Of a stretch of DNA of 41,482 nucleotides, positions 9,877 to 19,896 are shown in pieces. Numbering within the stretch: position 1 is the first letter of the stretch; each line of letters opens with the position of its first letter. The translations under genes were made by a program, and so were the position numbers. Source of the DNA: Verrucomicrobiota bacterium (GTDB lineage: Bacteria > Verrucomicrobiota > Verrucomicrobiia > Opitutales > Oceanipulchritudinaceae); contig JAAAOD010000155.1 in the NCBI GenBank assembly GCA_009908535.1, forward strand, positions 1 to 41,482. Direction: 5' to 3'. A model generated the notes under the pieces. The model saw only the letters and a program-made list of their open reading frames with translations, was not told where the DNA came from and searched no databases.

Positions 9877-9932
9877 CCTTTTCTTTACTGCGGGAAAAAA
9901 GCTTTGCGCTGGACCGATGCAGGGGGTTTGGT

Positions 9933-11054
9933 TTAAGGAAGATACCTGAAAAAAGTTCTACCACAATGAGTCGTGTCTATGTAATCGAAGACCAGAACAT
10001 CCTCCGGGAACTGGTTTCCCGCCTTGTTGAAAGCCTCCCGGACTGCCAGTTGATCGGCGATTGCGCCGACGGGCTCGAGGGCCTCAATGCCTGCAAAGAG
10101 CATAAACCCGACCTTGTCATCGTCGACATCATGGTTCCCAGCCTGAACGGGCTCGAAATCGTGCGCCAGCTGCGAAAGGCCCTTCCTTCGGTCAAGCTCC
10201 TCATTTTCAGTGCTTACTCGTCCCGCGAGCGGGTCCAGTCGGCCCTCAAGGCGGGTGTGAACGGCATCGTGCATAAGAACGCCTCCATCGATGAGCTGGA
10301 AAAGGGCATCCAGCGGGTTCTCCGCGGCGAATCCTTCATGAGTAGCCAGATCCTCGAGATCCTGCGCGACATCATGCTCCATCCGGAGGCAACGGATTCT
10401 TTGGAGAAACTGACCACCCGTGAGCGCGAAATCCTCCAGATGATCGCCGAGGGGCACACCACGAAGGAAGTCGCCGGCAAACTTAATATCAGTGCGAAAA
10501 CAGCCGATACCCACCGGACGAATGTGATGAACAAGCTCAACATTCATGACATTGCCGGTCTCACGCGCTTCGCCATTCAGAACGGCCTTGTCGAGGCCTG
10601 AGGGCGCGCGGAAGACTTCCTGCCAAGGGAGTTGGACCCGCTCGATACCGGCGCGGGTAAGGGCGTCCAGCATCCTGACAACCGCCTGGTGCGGGGATTG
10701 GGCGGCGGGCAGCAATCGCACCGCCGCTTCTCTGCCGGCGGCTTCGGTCGCGGCGCGAAAAGCCTTCAGCCGCCGTGAAAGCTTACGCGTAGCGGCGCGG
10801 GCGCCCTCCCCCATCAAGGCGAAGGCCGCTCCGTTCCAAAGCGCCTTCCCCGCGGAACCGATCCGGATCCGTTGTTCGTCAATCGATGTTTCAGCGGAGG
10901 TCGCCGGCCCTGCTGCCGCGAAAGGGAAAGGCAGCTCGGCTTCGCTTTTATCGAGCGAACTGGTTGTCATAAAGTAGACCAGCATAAGGAAGACGCAATC
11001 GATCATGGGGGCGATCGGCATCTCGGGGCGGTCCGCGGGTGTCTTCCTGCGCAT
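9933..11054 (-). CDS. exbD: ExbD/TolR-family protein; the domain occupies about 11054-10626 and the ORF lacks the expected stop
   Basis: IAPMIDCVFLMLVYFM TM motif with the conserved Asp, ending ...VVRMLDALTRAGIERVQLP at about aa 143. The remaining ~230 codons are antisense to the response regulator. Confidence 0.75.
   Translation of the reverse strand: MRRKTPADRPEMPIAPMIDCVFLMLVYFMTTSSLDKSEAELPFPFAAAGPATSAETSIDEQRIRIGSAGKALWNGAAFALMGEGARAATRKLSRRLKAFRAATEAAGREAAVRLLPAAQSPHQAVVRMLDALTRAGIERVQLPWQEVFRAPSGLDKAVLNGEARETGNVMNVELVHHIRPVGIGCFRTDIKFAGDFLRGVPLGDHLEDFALTGGQFLQRIRCLRMEHDVAQDLEDLATHEGFAAENPLDALFQLIDGGVLMHDAVHTRLEGRLDPLAGRVSTENEELDRRKGLSQLAHDFEPVQAGNHDVDDDKVGFMLFAGIEALEPVGAIADQLAVREAFNKAGNQFPEDVLVFDYIDTTHCGRTFFRYLP
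9966..10601 (+). CDS. NarL/LuxR-family response regulator (REC + HTH)
   Basis: VIEDQ, PDLVIVDIMVPSLNGLE (phosphoacceptor Asp), FSAY, HKN; HTH LTTREREILQMIAEGHTTKEVAGKLNISAKTADTHRTNVMNKL. Confidence 0.93.
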   Translation: MSRVYVIEDQNILRELVSRLVESLPDCQLIGDCADGLEGLNACKEHKPDLVIVDIMVPSLNGLEIVRQLRKALPSVKLLIFSAYSSRERVQSALKAGVNGIVHKNASIDELEKGIQRVLRGESFMSSQILEILRDIMLHPEATDSLEKLTTREREILQMIAEGHTTKEVAGKLNISAKTADTHRTNVMNKLNIHDIAGLTRFAIQNGLVEA

Positions 11055-11063
11055 GACCGCTCT

Positions 11064-11489
11064 TTACTCCTCAAAGGTTGCGAAGCAGAGGTCACCGGTT
11101 CCGGCAGCGCGACATAGGTCGAGGATGGGTTCCCATCGGTGATAAGGAAGTCCGCCGGGACCGCGTAACAGGAAGGTGCGCGAGGAGGGATCCGGCATCG
11201 AATCCAGCCAATCTCCGATTTCCGTGAGGGTAACAGCGCGGCTCCCGAGAAAGTACTGAACACGGTCCTCTCCGGACCTTTCGCGCACCGAAATGACCTC
11301 CCGCGGCGGAACTTCGGCGGGCACGCGTGCCGTCGAGGAATCGGGCAGGGTCACCTCGGGGCGCGCGTCCCGGGCAAGGGTGCTAACCGTCATGAAAAAG
11401 ACCAGAAGGAGGAAGACCATGTCGATCATGGGCGCCATCTGGAACGGGGTCTCTTCGCGGCGGGGGGAATTGGGCATACCGCGAAGCAT
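11064..11489 (-). CDS. exbD: ExbD/TolR-family protein
   Basis: FQMAPMIDMVFLLLVFFM, V.LP, C-terminal ILDLCRAAG...FAT. Start may be ATG 11477. Confidence 0.85.
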   Translation of the reverse strand: MLRGMPNSPRREETPFQMAPMIDMVFLLLVFFMTVSTLARDARPEVTLPDSSTARVPAEVPPREVISVRERSGEDRVQYFLGSRAVTLTEIGDWLDSMPDPSSRTFLLRGPGGLPYHRWEPILDLCRAAGTGDLCFATFEE

Positions 11490-11569
11490 GGGGCGGCAGC
11501 CCCGGTGCTGAAAAGAGCCCTGGTTACCCGTTTTCAGGTAGGGAAATCGGCCCGCAGCTGCCGTTCCCT

Positions 11570-13102
11570 TTACTTCGCCGTTTCCTGGGCGCGGGTCTCC
11601 CGGATTACGGTGACGCGGATGGTTCCGGGGTACTGCAGCTCGTCTTCGATGCGGCGGCGGAGATCGCGGGCAAGGCGGGCGCTTTCCTTGTCCGAGATCT
11701 TGTCCGGCTCCACGATAACGCGGATCTCGCGTCCGGCCTGAATCGCGTAGGCCTCGGCGACTCCCTCCATCCCGGAGGCAATGGCTTCGAGGCTGCGCAC
11801 CCGCTGCAGGTACCCGTCGAGACTGTCGGCGCGAACACCGGGACGCATGGCACTCAGGCTGTCGGCAATCATGACAAGGGCTACGTAAGGGCTCTCCGGC
11901 GGAACCTCCCCATGGTGACCAGCGACCGCGTTCAGCACCATTGCATTTTCCTGTCCGATTCGTTTCAGAAAAAAAGCTCCCGCTTGAGCGTGGCTGCCGG
12001 CATGATCCTCGTCGAGAACCTTGCCAATATCATGAAGAAGGCCGCCCCGCTTCGCGGTTTCCGGTTCAAGGCCCAGTTCCGCCGCCATCAGGGAACAAAG
12101 ATTCGCGACCTCAATGGAATGCTCGAGGGAATTCTGGTTATTGGAAAGGCGGAAACGCAACTGGCCGAGGGAGGTCACTACCTCGGGATGCATCCGGTTC
12201 AGGCGAAGCCGTCGCAAAGCATCCTCTCCACTTTCCACCACGCTTTGTTTCACTTCCTCTTCCGCCCGGCGGACCGCTTCCTCGATACTGCTGGGGTGGA
12301 TGCGCCCGTCCTTGATAAGGCTTTCGAGCGCGATCCGGGCCGTTTCGCGGCGAACCGGGTCAAAGGAGGAAACGAGGACGTTGTCCGGCGTTTCATCAAT
12401 GAGAAGGGAGGTTCCGGTAAGGGTTTCAAAGGATTTTATGTTGCGGCCTTCCCGGCCGATGATCCGTCCCTTCATGTCATCACTGGGAATGGGAACAAGA
12501 GTGGCCGTAATGTCCTCCTGGGCCCCCGAGCTGAGGCGTTGCATGCAGGTGATCAGTTTCCGGCGGGCCTCTTCCTCGATCTCCCGCTCGGATTTGTTGA
12601 GCAGTTCCTCCCGCAGTTCCCGCACCTCGTCCTCGCATTCGCGGCGGGTGATTTCCAGGAGCTCTTCCCTTGCGCGTTCCCGTGTCCACTGCATGCTCTC
12701 TTCGAGGCGTTGCCGGTAATCCCTGGCCAGCTGGCGCAGGCGGTCTTCCTCTCTTTCCACTTCGGCCAGCTTGCGGTCGTATTCCCCGCGTCGTTTCTCC
12801 AGCTGCTCGCGTTCCTTCTCCGCAGAGAGAAGCGTCGCGACGGCCTCATCTTCGCGGGCGCGGACCTTCCTCTCCGTCTCCTGGATTTCCAGCTCCCGCT
12901 CCGCACGCTGGGTTTCCAGTTCGCGTTCCCGTTTGTGGGTCCATTCCTCGAACTCGAGGCGGACTTCCCGTTCCTTGATGCCGCCATTCTCCTCGAGACG
13001 GCGGCGGTATTCCCGTCGCAAACGCTGGTAAAGGAGGGCGCCACCGGTGAGGGCCAGGAAAAGCCCGGCTAGAAAAGCCAAAATGATACTGAAAGGCCCC
13101 AT
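11570..13102 (-). CDS. rny: Ribonuclease Y
   Basis: N-terminal TM, coiled coil, KH domain ([28 protein letters not shown]), HD domain (LLHDIGK, ADSLSA.RPG), C-terminal [11 protein letters not shown]...[12 protein letters not shown]. Confidence 0.96.
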   Translation of the reverse strand: MGPFSIILAFLAGLFLALTGGALLYQRLRREYRRRLEENGGIKEREVRLEFEEWTHKRERELETQRAERELEIQETERKVRAREDEAVATLLSAEKEREQLEKRRGEYDRKLAEVEREEDRLRQLARDYRQRLEESMQWTRERAREELLEITRRECEDEVRELREELLNKSEREIEEEARRKLITCMQRLSSGAQEDITATLVPIPSDDMKGRIIGREGRNIKSFETLTGTSLLIDETPDNVLVSSFDPVRRETARIALESLIKDGRIHPSSIEEAVRRAEEEVKQSVVESGEDALRRLRLNRMHPEVVTSLGQLRFRLSNNQNSLEHSIEVANLCSLMAAELGLEPETAKRGGLLHDIGKVLDEDHAGSHAQAGAFFLKRIGQENAMVLNAVAGHHGEVPPESPYVALVMIADSLSAMRPGVRADSLDGYLQRVRSLEAIASGMEGVAEAYAIQAGREIRVIVEPDKISDKESARLARDLRRRIEDELQYPGTIRVTVIRETRAQETAK

Positions 13103-13163
13103 AAAGTTGGAACAGCGCGGCGAACGGAGGGTTCCCCGTGGCGCACTGAGATGTTACCGACCA

Positions 13164-13192
13164 AGCGATAGGACCGGTCCGTCCCCTGTCAA
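13164..13192 (-). promoter_or_regulatory. Putative promoter upstream of rny
   Basis: Perfect TTGACA (13192-13187), then 16 nt, then a weak -10-like TATCGCT. Confidence 0.35.
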
Positions 13193-13278
13193 GAAGGACG
13201 GGGCGCAGGCGGTCTCCCCGTGCAAAAGAAATTCCTCGCTCGCACCGCCCTTTTCTGTCGCCAACCGGGAGCCAGAGG

Positions 13279-14055
13279 TTACTTGACCGCTCCCAGCATC
13301 TCTTTGAAAGAGGCCACCGCGTAGTCGCGGTTCATGGCGGAAATGAAGTCGAGGCTGATGCCCTTCGGGCAGGCGGCCTCGCACTCGCCGATATTGGTGC
13401 AGTTTCCGAATCCCGCATCGTCCATCGCGCGCACCATGGCAAGGGAACGCCGGTCTTTTTCCGCCCTGCCCTGCGGCAGCATGTTGAGCTGACTCATCTT
13501 GGCGGAGGTGAAAAGCATCGCGGAGGCGTTCGGGCAGGCCGCGACACAGGCGCCGCACCCGATACAGGCGGCCGCGTCGAAGGCATGATCGGCGGTTTCC
13601 TTGGAAATCGGGAGGGCATTGGCGTCCTGGGCGGAACCGACGCGCTGGGTGATGTAGCCCCCCGCCTGCATGATCGTGTCGAAAGAACTGCGGTCCACAA
13701 CAAGGTCCTTCATGACGGGGAAGGGATGCGACCGGTACGGCTCGATGGTGATGGTATCCCCGTCCGCGAAGCTGCGCATGTGCAACTGGCAGGTGGTCTG
13801 CAGGTGGTTGCGCCCGTGCGGGATCCCGTTGATGACGAGCGAGCACATGCCGCAGATGCCTTCACGGCAGTCGTGGTCGAAGGCGATCGGGTCCTTGTCC
13901 TCGGCCAGAAGCTGCTCGTTCAGGAGATCGAGCATTTCCAGAAAGGAGGAAGCGGTCGAAACCTCCCTCATTTCGTAGGTTTCAAAGCGGCCTGACGCGT
14001 TGGCGCTCTTCTGGCGCCAGATCTTGAGGCTGATGTTGATGTTTTTTTCCGACAT
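13279..14055 (-). CDS. sdhB: Succinate dehydrogenase/fumarate reductase iron-sulfur subunit
   Basis: [47 protein letters not shown]. Start re-picked at ATG 14055. Confidence 0.95.
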   Translation of the reverse strand: MSEKNINISLKIWRQKSANASGRFETYEMREVSTASSFLEMLDLLNEQLLAEDKDPIAFDHDCREGICGMCSLVINGIPHGRNHLQTTCQLHMRSFADGDTITIEPYRSHPFPVMKDLVVDRSSFDTIMQAGGYITQRVGSAQDANALPISKETADHAFDAAACIGCGACVAACPNASAMLFTSAKMSQLNMLPQGRAEKDRRSLAMVRAMDDAGFGNCTNIGECEAACPKGISLDFISAMNRDYAVASFKEMLGAVK

Positions 14056-14089
14056 GGTCGTTCCTGGGTTACCCCGGTAAAGGTTGTGG

Positions 14090-16036
<1,947 letters not shown>

Positions 16037-16053
16037 GGCAGGGAACCTTTTCG

Positions 16054-16803
16054 TTAGTGAGCCGCCGTCAGCGGCGTAATGGGATCAAGCAGGCCCGTCA
16101 GGCTGGCGACGGGAATGGAGGAAAAGCCAATAAACAGCGCCAGGGCAATCACCAGCGCGATTCGGTCGAGGCGCTTCCGCCAGACCGCATTCCGTACCCC
16201 CACCGATTGAAACATGCTGCTGACCCCGTGCATCAGGTGCAGACAGAGCAGCCCCATGGCGAAAACATAGAAGACAGCGACATACCAGTACTGAAGGCTG
16301 AAGCCATGGACCACCATACTGTATACGTCGTGAACTTCCGTGTTCCCGAATGCCGCCAGCTTATCGTAAACTTGATGCATCGTTCCCACCCCGGCCAGTT
16401 CCGTTTCCAGATGCTTGAATTCGGGATGGATGCTTTGCACAGTGAAGTGCAGAATGTGAAAGATAATGAATACCAGCAGGATGGCCCCACTGTATTTCAT
16501 CGTTCGGCTCGCAAAGCTGGCTTGCAGCGTGCCCTGCGCGACATAGCCGGCCGGGCGCGCACGACGGTTTTCCAGAACCAGCAGAACCGCCGTGACAATG
16601 TGGGCCCCTACCGCCGTCAACAGCACGATCCGCACGATCCAGAGTAAACCATAGGGAAGAGTCTTCAGTTTGTACGCGTATTCGTTGATCCAGTCCGGAT
16701 GCAGGAACATCTGCAGGTTGCCCAGCATGTGCCCGATCACGAATCCGACCAGAAGAAGGCCTGTTACGGCCATGATGTATTTCTTTCCTAGTGAACTCAT
16801 CAA
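16054..16803 (-). CDS. sdhC: Succinate dehydrogenase cytochrome b subunit (single-subunit anchor)
   Basis: [49 protein letters not shown]; five TM helices; first gene of sdhCAB. Exact start uncertain. Confidence 0.92.
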   Translation of the reverse strand: MMSSLGKKYIMAVTGLLLVGFVIGHMLGNLQMFLHPDWINEYAYKLKTLPYGLLWIVRIVLLTAVGAHIVTAVLLVLENRRARPAGYVAQGTLQASFASRTMKYSGAILLVFIIFHILHFTVQSIHPEFKHLETELAGVGTMHQVYDKLAAFGNTEVHDVYSMVVHGFSLQYWYVAVFYVFAMGLLCLHLMHGVSSMFQSVGVRNAVWRKRLDRIALVIALALFIGFSSIPVASLTGLLDPITPLTAAH

Positions 16804-16849
16804 TTGTTTTCGGCTTTGGAAGAAGGTTGGTTCGAGGATCCGGGCAAAG

Positions 16850-16950
16850 GCCTTAATTAGCAGTTTTTATACAGTAAAGATTTTAAGTAATCGTGCTAAT
16901 ACCAACGCGGTTGTATAAGGTTTTGTTATCACATTGGACAGAAACCCTTA
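16850..16950 (-). promoter_or_regulatory. AT-rich upstream control region of sdhCAB
   Basis: About 100 bp markedly AT-rich against the GC-rich background. Contains the near-palindrome TGTTATCACA and an inverted TTATACA/TGTATAA pair. Confidence 0.45.
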
Positions 16951-17826
16951 TTATCGCCGCGGTCGGAAAGGCTCCACATGAGTGAAGACGTGACCAAGGC
17001 GCAAGTCCGTATCCCCGTGAAGGCGGTCCCGCACCTGGTGGGCGATGCGATGTCCTTCCCGTACGCTGAGATCGCCATCCACCTCGAGATGAATATCGAG
17101 GTGGTAAAGGGGACCCGAGCGCGTCAGGCGCAGGCTTTCCACCGTCTTGACTCCGTCCACCGTCTCCGCGGCCGCGCGGATGCGCTCCTTTCGCTCGAGG
17201 TGGACATCGGCGTCGAGCAGCGAATGCAGGGAGGGTCGGGTCAGCCGGGTGGCGTTGAAAAGAATCATCCCGGCGATGAAGAGGGCGACCACTTCATCGG
17301 CGATGCGAAAGGCCGGGCCCGCGAATAGGCTTAAAAGGACCCCGAGGAGAACGGCCACCGTGGTCAGCGAGTCAAGGCGGTGGTTCCAGGCCTCCACCCG
17401 CAGGGCCTCGCTGTGCAGAGCCTTTGCCCGGAAGACAAGGAACCAGTAGATCCCCTCCTTGCCGAGAAGGACGAGCAGAATCACCGGCAGGGTAAACAAC
17501 TCCGGTGCGGTCTGGACCTTCGTGAATTCCATCGCCGCCTGCACACCGATAACAACGGCCGAGAGCCCGAGGATCAGCGCCGCCACAAAAGCAGCCAGCG
17601 ATTCGCCCTTGCCGTGGCCGTAGGGATGATCGGCGTCGGGTCGCCGGTCCGCGAAACGCAGCCCGCTCCAGACAATCAGGGAAGAAAAGATATCCGCAAG
17701 CGATTCCACCCCGTCGGCAACGAGGGCAAATGAATGGCCGGCCAGCCCCGCCCCCAGTTTAAGAACCGCAAATCCGCAATGGGAAGCCATGCTCGCAAGG
17801 GCAAGCCGTTGCGCGCCGTTCTTCAT
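16951..17826 (-). CDS. Cation diffusion facilitator (FieF/YiiP-like) transporter
   Basis: SFALVADGVESLADI, PDADHPYGHGKGES, AWNHRLDS, C-terminal DIHLEVDGDLSVREGHRIA...HVEP. ATG 17826 overlaps the upstream stop (ATGA). Confidence 0.92.
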   Translation of the reverse strand: MKNGAQRLALASMASHCGFAVLKLGAGLAGHSFALVADGVESLADIFSSLIVWSGLRFADRRPDADHPYGHGKGESLAAFVAALILGLSAVVIGVQAAMEFTKVQTAPELFTLPVILLVLLGKEGIYWFLVFRAKALHSEALRVEAWNHRLDSLTTVAVLLGVLLSLFAGPAFRIADEVVALFIAGMILFNATRLTRPSLHSLLDADVHLERKERIRAAAETVDGVKTVESLRLTRSGPLYHLDIHLEVDGDLSVREGHRIAHQVRDRLHGDTDLRLGHVFTHVEPFRPRR

Positions 17827-18950
17827 GCCCGGAGCCTTTCCAGCAATGCCGCGGCGTTCCGCTCCCAGCAAAAGTTCTCGCGCACGAAGGCGCGTCCCGC
17901 TTCCCCCATGCGCCGGGCAAGGGCCGGGTCCCGCAGGAACCGCCGCAAGGCCTCCGCAAGAGCGCCGGCATCCTCCGCGGGCACCAGGAGGCCCGTCTCC
18001 CCGTCCCGCAGCGCTTCCCGCACCCCGCCGCTGTCCGCCGCAAGGAGCGCACACCCCGCCTTCGCCCCTTCCAGGACCGCCAGCCCGAGTCCTTCCACGC
18101 TGGTGCCGTGGCGCCGGCTCGGAAAGACCACCAGCTGCGCCCCCGCGTAGGCCCGCTCTAACCCCGCCGGGTCGAGGTCCCCCGCCAGCTCCACCGGAAG
18201 ACGATTCCGGGCGATCTCCTTGCGCAATTGCCTCGCAAAGCCGCCGCGCGCCACCGGCCCCACCAGTTTCACCTTGATCCGCTCCCGTTCCCCCCGCGAC
18301 AGACGGCTCACCGCCTCAAGGAGAAGATCCTGCCCCTTCCGGGGATGCAGACGGCCCACCTGCAGCACCTGGAGGACGTCCCCGGGAGGCGGCTTCTTCA
18401 TCCCTTCCTCCCAAGCCGTTGGCGCTGCTCCGGGGATCCGCAACAGCCGCTCCGCCGACGCCGGCCATACCTCCGTAAGGCGTCGCCCGACCGCGCCCGA
18501 TACCACCCCGATCACCGAACTTTCCCCCAGCAACCGCCCGAAAGCCGTACGCAGGCGGCGCGACCGTGCGAATCGCTCCACCTCACTCCCGTGCAGAACC
18601 AATCCCAGCTTCTCCGCCTGCAGCCGATCCCCTTCCTCCATCCACAGCCGGATCGGACCGGGTTCGGCGAGAAGCACCACGCCGGGAATCCACCCGTCCC
18701 CGAATTCGCCCCGCAAGGCTCCCGCCATCCGCCCCCGGCAGAAAACATCCTGCCGGCCCCGCATCCGGATCCGCCGGACCCGGATGCCCCCCTCCTCCCG
18801 CAGCCCCGCCGCCCCGTCATACCTCGGCGCCCACACCGTCACCTCCGCCCCCCGCCTCCCCAGCGCACGCGCCGTCTCCTCCACGTAGATCGCGATGCCC
18901 CCTCGGAAGGGCGGATATTCATGCGTCAACAGTTGGATCGCTTCGTTCAT
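17823..18950 (-). CDS. GT4 family glycosyltransferase
   Basis: LLTHEYPPFRGGIAIY, LHGSE, VGRLHPRKGQD, EGLGLAVLEG (EX7E), DGETGLLV. Start re-picked at ATG 18950. Confidence 0.9.
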   Translation of the reverse strand: MNEAIQLLTHEYPPFRGGIAIYVEETARALGRRGAEVTVWAPRYDGAAGLREEGGIRVRRIRMRGRQDVFCRGRMAGALRGEFGDGWIPGVVLLAEPGPIRLWMEEGDRLQAEKLGLVLHGSEVERFARSRRLRTAFGRLLGESSVIGVVSGAVGRRLTEVWPASAERLLRIPGAAPTAWEEGMKKPPPGDVLQVLQVGRLHPRKGQDLLLEAVSRLSRGERERIKVKLVGPVARGGFARQLRKEIARNRLPVELAGDLDPAGLERAYAGAQLVVFPSRRHGTSVEGLGLAVLEGAKAGCALLAADSGGVREALRDGETGLLVPAEDAGALAEALRRFLRDPALARRMGEAGRAFVRENFCWERNAAALLERLRA

Positions 18951-19083
18951 CGCAAAGGGAGCAGACCATGGATTTTGATCTCCATGCGCAAGGAAAGGCA
19001 ATGCCCGATGGCATGCCAAAATCCACGGTCCGACCCCTTCGCGCCTTGCCTCCGGCGAAATGGCCGCGAAAATGCGCCTTCCT

Positions 19084-19896
19084 ATGTCTTCGCCGCCCGC
19101 GTCCGCTACCGCTCTTGTCACCGGAGCCACCTCCGGCATCGGCCGGGCCCTCGCCGACGAGCTGACAGGCCGGGGCTACCGCGTCCTGGGCACCTCCCGC
19201 GATCCGCAGGCCCGCCATCCCTCCGTGCACGCCTTTCTCCGCCTCGATGCCGCCGATGCGGCCGACCGGAAAAGGTTCCTACAGGAAAACCGGGAAATGT
19301 TATATAAAATTGATATATTAGTTAACAATTGCGGCGAAGGCTGCTTTGGGGATCTCTCTTCGCATCCCGGGGAAGCGGTCACCGGGGCGGTGCAGCTGCT
19401 GCTGGAGACGCCGCTGCAATTGACGCGGGCGGTCCTTCCCGGGATGCGGTCGCGCGGCGGGGGACAGGTGGTGTTCATGAGCTCGCTGGCGGCGGTCTTT
19501 CCGCTGCCCTACCTGGCCATTTACTCCGCGGCGAAAGCGGGCCTGAGCCAGTTCGCGGCCGGGATGGAAATGACCGAGGACGCGGATGGCGTGAAGTTCC
19601 TCGACGTGCAGGCGGGGGATTTCCGGACCGGCTTCAATCGCAACATGGTCCGGGCGGGGACAATGTCCGCGCGGGAAGCGGCGGCGTGGAAGCGGCTGGA
19701 GGCCCTGCTCGAATCGGGGCCACCGGCCGAGCGGGCGGCCCGGGCCATTGTGCGGGCGATTGTCCGGAACCGCGGGGGCCAACTTCGCCCCGGAGGTTTC
19801 TTCCAGACCCGGGTCGCGCCGCTTGGCGCCCGCCTGCTGCCCCGCAGTCTCCTTCTCCGGATGATCCGCCGTTACTACCGGCTTTCCCGCGCATGA
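19084..19896 (+). CDS. Short-chain dehydrogenase/reductase (SDR)
   Basis: ALVTGATSGIG, DILVNNCG, MSSLA, YSAAK (YxxxK), GDFRTGF. Alternative starts at 19060 and 19072. Confidence 0.9.
   Translation: MSSPPASATALVTGATSGIGRALADELTGRGYRVLGTSRDPQARHPSVHAFLRLDAADAADRKRFLQENREMLYKIDILVNNCGEGCFGDLSSHPGEAVTGAVQLLLETPLQLTRAVLPGMRSRGGGQVVFMSSLAAVFPLPYLAIYSAAKAGLSQFAAGMEMTEDADGVKFLDVQAGDFRTGFNRNMVRAGTMSAREAAAWKRLEALLESGPPAERAARAIVRAIVRNRGGQLRPGGFFQTRVAPLGARLLPRSLLLRMIRRYYRLSRA
19298..19327. other. Intragenic AT-rich imperfect palindrome; candidate protein-binding site
   Basis: TGTTATATAAAA-TTGATA-TATTAGTTAACA has only 4 G/C in 30 bp and 9/12 arm symmetry. The minus strand contains TATCAATTTTATA, a 1-mismatch match to the IHF consensus WATCAANNNNTTR. 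Confidence 0.45.

Noticed and set aside
13103-13278. Possible 6S RNA upstream of rny
   Set aside because: I could not see a long irregular hairpin with a central bubble, and a TTGACA promoter candidate sits in the middle of the interval. An Rfam covariance search would settle it.
16860-16935. oriC / DnaA-box cluster in the AT-rich region
   Set aside because: No proper TTWTNCACA matches (only TTATCACA and TTATACAG/AC) and no dnaA or dnaN nearby.
19329-19892. N-terminal extension of the 554-aa track ORF suggesting an SDR-GT fusion or frameshift
   Set aside because: The extension is low-complexity off-frame sequence. The SDR has its own stop and the GT has a clean ATGA-coupled start at 19893.
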